Of a stretch of DNA of 64,000 nucleotides, positions 55,303-64,000 are shown in pieces. The stretch is from NCBI GenBank assembly GCA_016211215.1, contig JACQSR010000033.1, positions 4,766 through 68,765 on the forward strand, read 5' to 3'. A program made the position numbers and the translations under genes. Origin of the DNA: Candidatus Woesearchaeota archaeon (GTDB taxonomy: Archaea > Nanobdellota > Nanobdellia > Woesearchaeales > JACQSR01). Each line of letters begins with the position of its first letter. The stretch's first letter is position 1. Below the pieces are notes generated by a model. That model was not told where the DNA came from. It saw only the letters and a program-made list of their open reading frames with translations, and did no database searches.

Positions 55303-55598
55303 TGGCGGAGATTGCAGTTGCAGGCAGCAGCAGGTTCGTCCTTGGATTCCAGCTTGCCGGGATACAGCATACTTTTGAGACGGAAAGCCCGGAAAAGGTG
55401 CTTGAAGTCATGTCCGATAAGCGGTTCGGCATTGTGATAATAGACGGGGGCATAATGGGCAAATTCCAGGAGCACCAGAAGATGCGCGTACAGGAGTCAA
55501 TAAACCCTGTTGCAGTCATGCTTTCAGAAAATCCTATGGAAGATGATTTAAGGAAAATGATAATAAAATCAATAGGCGTGGACGTATGGAACAAATAG
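55302..55598 (+). CDS. atpF: A-type ATP synthase subunit F
   Basis: 98 aa with the IAVAGSSRFVLGFQLAGI pattern; assigned by operon position. Confidence 0.85.
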   Translation: MAEIAVAGSSRFVLGFQLAGIQHTFETESPEKVLEVMSDKRFGIVIIDGGIMGKFQEHQKMRVQESINPVAVMLSENPMEDDLRKMIIKSIGVDVWNK

Positions 55599-55621
55599 GG
55601 AGTTTTTACGGGTGATATAAA

Positions 55622-57352
55622 ATGGAAAAAGGAACGCTGTACAGGATTGCAGGGCCGGTAGTGGTTGCAAAGAACCTGAAGGCCCGAATGTATGATGTTG
55701 TAAGGGTTGGAAATGAAAAGCTCATGGGCGAGGTAATCCAGATAGACGGCGACAACGTCATAATCCAGGTTTACGAGGATACTTCAGGAATCAAGCCCGA
55801 TGAAGAGGTAATAAATACCGGAAAGCCCCTTTCGGTCGAGCTTGGCCCCGGGCTTCTTACTTCAATCTATGATGGAATCCAAAGGCCTCTGCCGGTGCTC
55901 AAAAATCTCATGGGCGATTTCATCAAGCGCGGAATTGACGCTCCTGGACTCGATAGAAAAAAGAAATGGGACTTCAAGCCACTGAAAAAGAAGGGAGACA
56001 AGGTTTCAGGCGGAGATATTCTGGGAGAGGTTGAAGAGACGGAAGGGATAATGCACAAGATACTTGTTCCCCCGAATGCAGGCGGAAAAATCAAGTCCAT
56101 AAACGCAGGAAAATTCACAGTTGACGAGCCTATAGGAGAGCTTGACGATGGCACCCATCTTATGCTGATGCACACATGGCCGGTAAGAAAGCCAAGGCCT
56201 GTAAAGCAAAAACTTCCGCCCATAACCCCATTGATAACAGGCCAGCGCATATTCGACGGATTTTTCCCCCTGGCCAAAGGGGGAGTTGCGGCTATTCCCG
56301 GTCCGTTTGGAGCCGGAAAGACAGTGTCACAGCAGCAGCTTGCAAAATGGTCGGACGCAGACATAATAGTTTACATTGGATGCGGCGAGCGTGGAAATGA
56401 GATGACTGAAGTGCTCACTGAATTTCCCCATCTTACGGACCCCAAGACCGGAAAGCCCCTCATGAACAGGACTGCCCTGATTGCAAACACGTCAAACATG
56501 CCTGTTGCGGCACGTGAAGTTTCAATTTACACCGGCATAACCATTGCCGAATATTACAGGGACCAGGGATTTTCCGTTGCTTTAATGGCGGATTCAACAT
56601 CAAGATGGGCTGAAGCGATGAGGGAAATCTCCTCAAGGCTGGAAGAAATGCCCGGCGAGGAAGGATATCCGGCATACCTTTCAACGAGGCTTGCGGAGTT
56701 CTATGAGCGCGCCGGCCGCGTTATTCCGTTCGGAACGGAAAAAGAAGGCTCAATTTCTGTTATCGGCGCAGTATCTCCTCCCGGAGGGGATTTTTCAGAG
56801 CCTGTAACACAATCAACATTGAGGGTTACAAAGACATTCTGGGCTTTGGACGCAAAGCTTGCCCAGAGAAGGCACTTCCCCTCAATCAACTGGCTTACAT
56901 CGTATTCATTGTACCTGAACCAGCTTGCGCCATGGTTCAAGGAAAGTGTTTCAGCGGACTGGAGTGATGCAATCGGCAGCTCCATGAAGATACTGCAGGA
57001 AGAGGATAAGCTTTTGGAGATTGTCCAGCTTGTTGGCTCGGATTCATTGCCTGAGAAGGAGCAGCTTACACTTGAAGTTGCGAGGCTGATAAGGGAAAAT
57101 GTGCTCCAGCAGAACGCATACCATGAAGTTGACACATACTCCCCGCTGCCAAAGACCTACAAGCTTGTTAAGACCATACTTCACTTCCAGAGCCTGGCAC
57201 AGGGCGCATTGGGGCGTGGCATAAGGATTAAGCAGATAATGGCAACAAGGGCAAAGGACAACATCGCCAACGCAAAGTTCGAGAGGGACTATGAAAAGCT
57301 CCTCTCAAATGTTGTTGCAGAGATGGAAGAAGAATTTAACAAACTTGGGTGA
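55622..57352 (+). CDS. atpA: A-type ATP synthase catalytic subunit A
   Basis: Walker [10 protein letters not shown] and the blocks [25 protein letters not shown] and [22 protein letters not shown]. No intein. Confidence 0.95.
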   Translation: MEKGTLYRIAGPVVVAKNLKARMYDVVRVGNEKLMGEVIQIDGDNVIIQVYEDTSGIKPDEEVINTGKPLSVELGPGLLTSIYDGIQRPLPVLKNLMGDFIKRGIDAPGLDRKKKWDFKPLKKKGDKVSGGDILGEVEETEGIMHKILVPPNAGGKIKSINAGKFTVDEPIGELDDGTHLMLMHTWPVRKPRPVKQKLPPITPLITGQRIFDGFFPLAKGGVAAIPGPFGAGKTVSQQQLAKWSDADIIVYIGCGERGNEMTEVLTEFPHLTDPKTGKPLMNRTALIANTSNMPVAAREVSIYTGITIAEYYRDQGFSVALMADSTSRWAEAMREISSRLEEMPGEEGYPAYLSTRLAEFYERAGRVIPFGTEKEGSISVIGAVSPPGGDFSEPVTQSTLRVTKTFWALDAKLAQRRHFPSINWLTSYSLYLNQLAPWFKESVSADWSDAIGSSMKILQEEDKLLEIVQLVGSDSLPEKEQLTLEVARLIRENVLQQNAYHEVDTYSPLPKTYKLVKTILHFQSLAQGALGRGIRIKQIMATRAKDNIANAKFERDYEKLLSNVVAEMEEEFNKLG

Positions 57353-57357
57353 TTGAA

Positions 57358-58731
57358 ATGCTGAAAGAGTACAAGACCATAGAAAGGATTGCCGGTCCCC
57401 TGATTTTTGTGAAGAAGACAGAGCCAATAGGATATGCAGACCTTGTGCGTATTCAGCTCCCATCCGGGGAAATAAAAAACGGCCAGGTTCTCGATACATC
57501 CAGGGATACCGTGGTCGTGCAGGTTTTCGAGGGCACTTCCGGCATTGACAGGGAAACCAAAGTAAAATTCCTGGGGGAAAACATCAAGCTTTCAGTCTCC
57601 AAGGACATGCTTGGCAGGATTCTTTCTGGAGCCGGAAAGCCCATAGACAACGGCCCGGACATAATACCCGAAAAGCGCGTTGAAATAATAGGCGCTGCAA
57701 TAAACCCCTATTCGAGAAGTTCTCCTTCGGAATTTTTCCAGACGGGTATCTCAACCATAGATGCAATGAACACTCTTGTAAGGGGCCAAAAGCTGCCTAT
57801 TTTCTCAGGCTCGGGTCTGCCGCACAATGAAATTGCACTGCAGATTGCCCGTCAGTCAAAAGTTGTTGGAGAAGGCGCAAAGTTCGCAATTGTGTTTGCG
57901 GGAATGGGAATTACAAATGAGGAAGCCCAGCATTTTATGCGTGACTTTGAGGAAACAGGCGCGCTTGAAAGGGCGGTTGTATTCCTCAATCTTGCGGACG
58001 ACCCCGCAGTTGAAAGGCTCATTACCCCGAGGATGGCGTTAACAGCTGCAGAATATCTTGCATACGAGCACGACATGCACGTTCTGGTGATATTGACTGA
58101 CCTGACAAACTACTGCGAGAGCCTGCGGGAGATTGGAGCTGCAAGGGAGGAAGTTCCCGGACGAAGGGGTTATCCTGGATACATGTACACCGACCTTGCA
58201 TCAATCTACGAGAGGGCAGGAATGATTAAGGGCAGGAAAGGCTCCATTACACAGTTTCCAATCCTTACGATGATTGGAGATGACATTACGCACCCAATTC
58301 CGGACTTGACTGGTTACATTACGGAAGGCCAGATTGTGCTGTCAAGGGAGCTTCACCGAAAGGGAATTTTCCCGCCTGTTGATGTATTGCCTTCCCTGTC
58401 TAGGCTTATGAATTCCGGAATTGGCCCAAAAAAAACCAGAGAGGACCACAAGCAGGTGTCCGACCAGATGTATGCTTTCTACGCAGAAGGGCGTGATTTG
58501 CGCGGTTTAGTTGCAATTGTAGGGGAGGAGGCATTGTCCGACCGTGACAAGAGGCTGCTTAGGTTTGCCCAGGAGTTTGAGGAGGCATTTGTCCAGCAGG
58601 GAAGCAGAGAGGACAGAAGCATACAGCAAACCCTTGAGATTGGATGGAAACTTCTGTCAAAGTTTCCCAAGCGCGAGCTGACAAGGATTTCCAACGACTT
58701 TAAGGAAAAGCACTGGAAAGGGCAGGAATAA
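57358..58731 (+). CDS. atpB: A-type ATP synthase subunit B
   Basis: Blocks [25 protein letters not shown] and [15 protein letters not shown]. An ATG lies at 57358; a GTG at 57349 overlaps the atpA stop. Confidence 0.95.
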   Translation: MLKEYKTIERIAGPLIFVKKTEPIGYADLVRIQLPSGEIKNGQVLDTSRDTVVVQVFEGTSGIDRETKVKFLGENIKLSVSKDMLGRILSGAGKPIDNGPDIIPEKRVEIIGAAINPYSRSSPSEFFQTGISTIDAMNTLVRGQKLPIFSGSGLPHNEIALQIARQSKVVGEGAKFAIVFAGMGITNEEAQHFMRDFEETGALERAVVFLNLADDPAVERLITPRMALTAAEYLAYEHDMHVLVILTDLTNYCESLREIGAAREEVPGRRGYPGYMYTDLASIYERAGMIKGRKGSITQFPILTMIGDDITHPIPDLTGYITEGQIVLSRELHRKGIFPPVDVLPSLSRLMNSGIGPKKTREDHKQVSDQMYAFYAEGRDLRGLVAIVGEEALSDRDKRLLRFAQEFEEAFVQQGSREDRSIQQTLEIGWKLLSKFPKRELTRISNDFKEKHWKGQE

Positions 58732-59348
58732 TGCCAGACGTAAAGCCAACAAGAAGCGAGCTTATAGCGCTGAAGAAAAAAATAAAGTTGGCCAAGTCCG
58801 GCTACAATCTGCTGAAGAAAAAGCGTGACGGACTGATACTGGAATTCTTCGAGGTTCTGAAGAAGGTAAAGGAATCCAGGGGGGAGCTTACAGAAATCTA
58901 CAGGGGAGCAATTTACAAGATGTCAGTTACGAGGACTATTGAGAATGATTTGCACATAAAGTCAATTGCGCTTGCCATTACGGAAGGCCCCGAAGTCTCC
59001 ATAGAGGAGAAGAACGTGATGGGCCTGAGAGTGCCGAAGATTTCCGGAAAGGCCCTTGAGAAGAATTTCATGGGGCGCGGCTACGGATTGCTGTCCTCTT
59101 CAATAAGGATAGACGAGACTGCGGATGCCTATGAGAGGGTTGTGGAGAAGGTCATAATCGCAGCCGAAGTGGAAATCACGCTGAAAAAGCTCCTGAACGA
59201 GATTGAAAAAACGAAAAGGAAGGTTAATGCGCTGGAGCAGATTGTCATACCAAGAATGGAGTCATCTGCCGCCTACATAAGGATGCGCCTTGAGGAGATG
59301 GAGCGCGAGAATTTCTCCCGTCTCAAGCTGATAAAGAAGAGGATTTAG
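58731..59348 (+). CDS. atpD: A-type ATP synthase subunit D
   Basis: VKPTRSELIALKKKIKLAKSGYNLLKKKRD is the typical subunit D N-terminus. Last gene of the operon. Confidence 0.9.
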   Translation: MPDVKPTRSELIALKKKIKLAKSGYNLLKKKRDGLILEFFEVLKKVKESRGELTEIYRGAIYKMSVTRTIENDLHIKSIALAITEGPEVSIEEKNVMGLRVPKISGKALEKNFMGRGYGLLSSSIRIDETADAYERVVEKVIIAAEVEITLKKLLNEIEKTKRKVNALEQIVIPRMESSAAYIRMRLEEMERENFSRLKLIKKRI

Positions 59349-59379
59349 CGTTGGGAAGATTATTTGTATACACTCAGAT

Positions 59380-60900
59380 TCACTTTTTCCCTTCCAGATA
59401 GCTTTTGAGCAGTTCCCTTCTAAGCAGCTTTCCGGAAGGCCCCTTCGGTATTGAATCGGCAAAAACAATCTCCTTTGGGCACTTGAACTTCTCAAGATGA
59501 TTCATGCAAAATTCCTTCAGCTCCCCTTCTTTTGCTTCCTTTCCCTGTTTCAGAACCACAAAAGTCACTATTTCTTCGCCGTACATCTTATCTGGAACGC
59601 CAATGGTTGCTGCATCCTGCACGGCATCATGCTGGTAGAAAACCCTGTCAATTGCAACCGGGGATATCAAAACTCCCCCTTTCTTTATTATTTCCTTTAT
59701 TCTGCCAGAAACATAATAATACCCTTCTTTATCCCTGTAACCCAAATCGCCGCTGTGGAGCCATCCGTTTTCAAGCGCCTTTTTTGTGGCTTCTGGGTTT
59801 CTGTAGTATTCCCTGAAAACATGCGGCCCTTTAATCATAATTTCCCCTTCTTCACCATCTTTGCATTCATTCCCATTTCCATCCACCACTTTCATTTCGG
59901 CTATGTCCATTGCCTTGCCTACAGAGCCCATCTTTATTTTTTCCTTCTCAACAGGGCTGATAGTCGTTAAAGCTGTGTTCTCTGTCAAACCATAAACCTC
60001 TACGATATGCACCCCAAAAGATTTTTCAAAGCTCTTCATTACATCAACAGGGACCGGAGCTGCGCCAGAACATACAAACCTCAACGATGAAGTGTTGTAA
60101 CTGCTTATGTCTTCAGGCGGATTCAATAAAAATGACAGCATAGTTGGAACGCACATAGTCCATGTTACCTTAAATTTGTCGACTATTTTCCAGAAATTAT
60201 TTTTGCTGAATCTTATCGGCAATACCATCGCTTCATTAGCGCAGGCATTTGACATGAAGGAGAAAAGCAAGCCGCCGGAGAAAAACAACGGCAGATTGAC
60301 GAAACCGACGGTTTCTGTGCTTAACCGCAATGCCCTCATAATACTGTAACCCTCGCATAGGAGATTTCTTTGGGTAAGCACAATTCCCTTCGGAAATCCA
60401 GTTGTGCCCGAGCTGTACATCAATATCGAATCGCAATCCAAGTTTATACTATGGTCATTAAAATCTTTGTGGAAACCATCAATCCTCGCAAGAAAATCAG
60501 TTCTGAATATGTTTTTGATTCTCCCCAGCTTGCCTTTCAACAGATTTATCTTTCTGAGATTTTCCTCATCTGCAAAAACGCAGATTGTGTCTGAATTGTC
60601 CAGAATGTAGCAAAGCTCGTCTTCGCTTAAGGAAGGGTTGACAGGATGGAAAACAGCCCCAATCTTCTGGCAGGCAAAAAACACATAAATAAACTCAAAA
60701 CAGTTCAGCGAGATGAATGCAACCTTGTCGTCTTTTTTTATTCCCAAGCTTGAGAGGAAATTTGCAGTTTTGCTTGCAATCGCATTGGCTTCGCCGTACG
60801 AGACCCTGCTGTCATCTTCAGGGTTAATCATCAATGTTTTATTCCCTATCCTGCCATCAAGAAATTCGCTGAAGTTTTTATAGTTGATTTCCGGAATCAT
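59380..60900 (-). CDS. AMP-dependent acyl-CoA ligase (fatty-acid-CoA ligase family)
   Basis: YSSGTTGFPKG AMP-binding motif, GYGLTE-like YGLTEN, GDLGYRDKEGYYYVSGRIKEIIKKGG and PSGKLLRR. Confidence 0.85.
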   Translation of the reverse strand: MIPEINYKNFSEFLDGRIGNKTLMINPEDDSRVSYGEANAIASKTANFLSSLGIKKDDKVAFISLNCFEFIYVFFACQKIGAVFHPVNPSLSEDELCYILDNSDTICVFADEENLRKINLLKGKLGRIKNIFRTDFLARIDGFHKDFNDHSINLDCDSILMYSSGTTGFPKGIVLTQRNLLCEGYSIMRALRLSTETVGFVNLPLFFSGGLLFSFMSNACANEAMVLPIRFSKNNFWKIVDKFKVTWTMCVPTMLSFLLNPPEDISSYNTSSLRFVCSGAAPVPVDVMKSFEKSFGVHIVEVYGLTENTALTTISPVEKEKIKMGSVGKAMDIAEMKVVDGNGNECKDGEEGEIMIKGPHVFREYYRNPEATKKALENGWLHSGDLGYRDKEGYYYVSGRIKEIIKKGGVLISPVAIDRVFYQHDAVQDAATIGVPDKMYGEEIVTFVVLKQGKEAKEGELKEFCMNHLEKFKCPKEIVFADSIPKGPSGKLLRRELLKSYLEGKK

Positions 60901-60978
60901 CTGATTCTCGGAGACGAACCAAATTTATAATACTTTGTATAGATACCTTAATAAATCTCATTTCTGCAGCAATAACTC

Positions 60979-61413
60979 ATGGAAGCCAAGCATTCCCAGT
61001 ACTTTGAAGGAATTCTGCAGTTGAGGAACCCTTCCAAGGAGATTCTGGCTTATGTAAACAAAGTGGAAGACCACCTCCAGAAGCCCATGGTTTCCCAGAT
61101 AAAGAAGGTGAAGAACGGCTTTGACATTTACTATGCCTCGCAAAGCTACCTCCAGGCATTCGGCAGGAAGCTGCAGCAGAAGTTCGGCGGCGAGATAAAA
61201 ATCAGCGCGAGGATTCACACAAGGGACAAGTTCACAAGCAAGGATGTTTATCGCGTCAATGTTCTCCTAAGGATGCCGTTCTACAAAGTAGGTGATATTG
61301 TTGAAGTGAAGGATGAACTCTACAGGGTAAACCTGCTCGGCAGGAAGGTTTTTGCGCAGAACCTGAACACGGGAAAGAAAGTGACCTTCAGGTATAATGA
61401 ACTGCCTGAGTAA
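60979..61413 (+). CDS. NMD3-related small protein (lacks the N-terminal zinc-finger region)
   Basis: YFEGILQLRNP and VYRVNVLLR patterns recall the NMD3 core. At 144 aa it is much shorter than full-length NMD3. Confidence 0.45.
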   Translation: MEAKHSQYFEGILQLRNPSKEILAYVNKVEDHLQKPMVSQIKKVKNGFDIYYASQSYLQAFGRKLQQKFGGEIKISARIHTRDKFTSKDVYRVNVLLRMPFYKVGDIVEVKDELYRVNLLGRKVFAQNLNTGKKVTFRYNELPE

Positions 61414-61419
61414 ATCCAC

Positions 61420-61902
61420 CTACACCCTTAAAAGATTAAGCTCAGTTTCCGGTTCCCATTTCAAGGAAGCGTATTTGCGCAACTCCTTTGTGAGCCCCAA
61501 AGAAAAAAGTACAGCCATGATGCGGCAGTCAATTGCCTCTCTCTCTTTTTCATCCATTCTCGTGCAATATACAAGACCATCTCTTGCATCCCTTATGCTC
61601 CTGAGCGCCTCTTGACCCTCTCCTCTTTCTGCAGATCTCTCTGCATTATAGATGTCTCTGTAAACGCATTGAGGAGATTCCCTAGTTCTAATTTCCCCCA
61701 TTTTGGATGAGATGTCAATGCCGGCATGCCTTGCATTCTCTTCAGCAGCAGCTAAATGGCGCTCCATAGGTTTTAAAAGCCCCATAAACCCTAAATCGCT
61801 GGCTTTACCCAGTTCAGAATCTGCAATTAGCCCATAAACTTCTTTCTGCCTTCCGTTTATTGCATTTACCATCTGACCACCCTCAACATATTGAATATTC
61901 AC
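61420..61902 (-). CDS. hypothetical protein; tandem paralog of 61905..62333
   Basis: The N-terminal pattern GG-x7-G-R-x-KE-x-x-GLI-x-x-S is shared with the upstream ORF. The gap between the two is 2 nt. Confidence 0.45.
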   Translation of the reverse strand: MNIQYVEGGQMVNAINGRQKEVYGLIADSELGKASDLGFMGLLKPMERHLAAAEENARHAGIDISSKMGEIRTRESPQCVYRDIYNAERSAERGEGQEALRSIRDARDGLVYCTRMDEKEREAIDCRIMAVLFSLGLTKELRKYASLKWEPETELNLLRV

Positions 61903-61904
61903 TT

Positions 61905-62333
61905 TTAACGTTTTGATTCTCTCAGTAAACGTTCTGATTTTCTCAATGAAAGCTGTGCTTGTATCAGCATCTCTACAACTTCGCCTATATCCTCTGGCGA
62001 AATTTCCCGGCGTGCAGCACGCGCAAAATCAACTGCATATTCAACCGAACCCAAAACCCTAGCTCCATCGCCCACGCGTGCATAATCTCTTGCACGGTAC
62101 AATGCCAGACAAAGCAGCACTTCATTAGCACGTTCCCTCAACCCTTTCTGGGACCCCCCATCCTCATCAGGTCCAAAAACAATGTAATTAGCCAACGCAT
62201 GAGCCAGTAATTTTGCTTCTGGCTCGTGTCCAATCGACCCCTTTATACTTGTCGATATTAGGCCTATTTCCTTTGGTCTGACACCTGCTAAATAGGCAAC
62301 TCCGCCATTATTTCCTTTACAGTCATACTTCAT
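61905..62333 (-). CDS. hypothetical protein; tandem paralog of 61420..61902
   Basis: ORF track, plus the shared N-terminal pattern (NNGGVAYLAGVRPKEIGLISTS versus VEGGQMVNAINGRQKEVYGLIADS). Confidence 0.45.
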   Translation of the reverse strand: MKYDCKGNNGGVAYLAGVRPKEIGLISTSIKGSIGHEPEAKLLAHALANYIVFGPDEDGGSQKGLRERANEVLLCLALYRARDYARVGDGARVLGSVEYAVDFARAARREISPEDIGEVVEMLIQAQLSLRKSERLLRESKR

Positions 62334-62468
62334 TCAATCCACCCTTGCTCCTGCATTCAAATGGACTATTTAAATCTTTCTGTTTGTAACCATTAACAAG
62401 TAGTTAAATATATGCCAAAACCATGGATTCATGCAATCTTTATAAAGCAGTTAAAAAACCTTTCTGCC

Positions 62469-63560
62469 ATGAGGATAATAGTTGCAACCCATGACCCTGT
62501 ATCGCCCATAAGGGGTGGAGGTGGGTTAAGGACTTTAAAGACAGCATTAGAACTCAAAAGGCGCGGCCATGAAGTTATGATTATCGCGCCTTCGGACAGA
62601 AAGCACATTGAAGGCGTTAGGGTAGAATCAATATACCACCCGTCAAAGGAAAAAAGCCCTTTGTTTGGCTCCGTTTATTTTTCTCTCAGGCTGTTCCTAA
62701 AGCTGTTCAAATACAATTGCGATGCATACTTTATACACAACTCGCTTGCATGCATCCCAGTAACATTTTACACCAGAATCTTCAGGAGAAAGGTGATTTT
62801 GGATGCAACGGACATCCACACGGAATACATGAGAGCAAAGAAGGGTAATTTCCTTATCAACATCTTCTCTTCCCTTGAATACTGGTGCTTCAGGAAGGCA
62901 AGGAAAGTTGTTGTTGTGTCGCACCAGATGAAAAATCTTCTCGTGAAGAAAGGGATTAAAGAAAAAAAGATTTTTGTGGTATACGACGGAGTCGAGGCCG
63001 GGAATTTTTCTCCAAAAAAGAGGAAAACCGGAAAACCAGTTATTATCCACCACGGCGGCATGGACGAGCAGGACGGTGTCCCCCTAATCCCAAAAGCCGC
63101 AAAGTTCGTGGAAGCAGACTTCATTCTTCTGGGCTCCGGCCAGCAGAGAGATATTGTTGAAAGTATCATAAAAAAAGAAAACATCACGAACGTAAGGCTT
63201 CTCGGCTGGAAGCCCTATTCTGAAATGAAAAATTGCCTTATGCAGGCGCAGATTGGCCTGATTGCAAGGCCGGACACGCTTCCAAACAACCTCGTGCTGA
63301 CATTAAAGCTTCTCGAGTATTGGGGCTCCGGAACAGCTGTTGTATCCTCAAGATTGGCGGCAATTGAAGAGGTTGCCGAAGAGGGAAAGGACATATTGTT
63401 TTTTGAGCCGGGAAACGAAAAAGACATGGCGGAAAAGATTAATCTTCTTCTGAAGAATAAATCCCTTTTGAAAAAGCTCCAGCGAAACGGCAGGATTAAA
63501 TCTTACGCATTTGACTGGAAGAGGTTAATACCTAAAATTGCTGATGTTGTTGAAAGCTGA
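62469..63560 (+). CDS. glycosyltransferase (GT4 / Glycos_transf_1 type, GT-B fold)
   Basis: N-terminal IIVATHDPVSPIRGGGG and the C-terminal E-x7-E-like region (KLLEYWGSGTAVVSS..EEVAEEGKD). The ATG at 62469 fits leaderless spacing from the TATA TCTTTATAAAG. Confidence 0.8.
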   Translation: MRIIVATHDPVSPIRGGGGLRTLKTALELKRRGHEVMIIAPSDRKHIEGVRVESIYHPSKEKSPLFGSVYFSLRLFLKLFKYNCDAYFIHNSLACIPVTFYTRIFRRKVILDATDIHTEYMRAKKGNFLINIFSSLEYWCFRKARKVVVVSHQMKNLLVKKGIKEKKIFVVYDGVEAGNFSPKKRKTGKPVIIHHGGMDEQDGVPLIPKAAKFVEADFILLGSGQQRDIVESIIKKENITNVRLLGWKPYSEMKNCLMQAQIGLIARPDTLPNNLVLTLKLLEYWGSGTAVVSSRLAAIEEVAEEGKDILFFEPGNEKDMAEKINLLLKNKSLLKKLQRNGRIKSYAFDWKRLIPKIADVVES

Positions 63561-63986
63561 CTAAATTGCTTGGTTCTTATTTTTAGAAAGACTATAATTT
63601 GGCTTAATTCTACCTACAGCCTGATTTAGAAAGCCCGCCATTGCGCCGCTAATAGCCACAAATAAATTCATCCCCGCTAACAGCGATACTTCAAACAACG
63701 CATATTCAACTGGGGATTGTGATACTGTTTCTCTATACCCTGGGTCTGTTATTGCTTTGTATCCCAGCCGCCCAAGATAAACCGCTGACGCAGCTGCCCC
63801 TGCAACCAGACCAGCTTTTGCTCCACATTTTGCGTCAAATTTCCTTTCGGCAAAATGTTGGATTCCAACTCCAGCATCCCTAAATGCTTCATGTAGGCTA
63901 TCCTGAAAATAAGCGAACCTCATCCCAAGGGAATCGCCCCTGCGACCGAGCCAAGGCGAGTTTTTTCTTTCTACAGCCACCCTCAT
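63561..63986 (-). CDS. hypothetical glycine-zipper membrane protein, paralog of 26409..27032; probably N-terminally truncated by the right window edge
   Basis: Aligned blocks with 26409..27032 (LGMRFAYFQD; KCGAKAGLVAGAA). The reading frame stays open upstream of the listed ATG to nt 63998. Confidence 0.5.
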   Translation of the reverse strand: MRVAVERKNSPWLGRRGDSLGMRFAYFQDSLHEAFRDAGVGIQHFAERKFDAKCGAKAGLVAGAAASAVYLGRLGYKAITDPGYRETVSQSPVEYALFEVSLLAGMNLFVAISGAMAGFLNQAVGRIKPNYSLSKNKNQAI

Positions 63987-64000
63987 TTCCCCGTTTTCTA

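Noticed and set aside
55622-57352. Checked atpA for an intein or other insertion, which is common in archaeal A subunits.
   Set aside because: The 576-aa product is collinear with standard A subunits. The Walker A motif and following blocks are contiguous, with no Cys/Ser-...-HN splice-junction insertion.
1-64000. Looked for CRISPR arrays, rRNA genes, transposases, integrase catalytic domains and long direct or inverted repeats.
   Set aside because: I saw no regularly spaced repeats, no rRNA-like conserved stretches, and no DDE or tyrosine-recombinase catalytic motifs. The only repeated units found are the paralogous ORF families and the homologous tRNA introns reported above.

Overview
The window is an archaeal chromosomal segment with a small-genome, DPANN-like gene set; I cannot assign a lineage from sequence alone. 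Archaeal markers are a histone, Nop5 plus fibrillarin, RFC, ribosomal protein L15e, an A-type ATP synthase operon in the order H-I-K-E-C-F-A-B-D, and A/T-rich TATA boxes about 25-30 nt upstream of mostly leaderless start codons. Coding density is high and many genes overlap by ATGA/TAATG. Housekeeping blocks are gltX; pdxS-pdxT; a sufB-D-S-U-C plus trxB cluster; a Glu/Leu/Phe/Val-type dehydrogenase; two acyl/acetyl-CoA ligases; thiL; cysE-cysS; valS; rfc; nadM; the grpE...dnaK-dnaJ locus; PGI/PMI; rad50; and the ATP synthase. I found four tRNA genes and no rRNA, CRISPR array, transposase or integrase catalytic domain. The most unusual content is RNA-level. Three of the four tRNA genes carry bulge-helix-bulge (BHB) introns in the T-loop at position 59/60. 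Two of these introns (145 and 141 nt) are clearly homologous, structured RNAs. A promoter-to-terminator unit of about 235 nt (34696..34930) folds into a K-turn-containing RNA whose helix order and two sequence blocks resemble a minimal RNase P RNA. Protein-level oddities are bacterial-type GlnD-like and Lgt genes in an archaeal context, three extra translationally coupled genes inside the hsp70 operon, several tandem or dispersed families of unknown function, and AT-richer islands (spot counts only) carrying orphan genes. All functional calls rest on motif recognition by eye. No database search, alignment statistic or folding computation was run.
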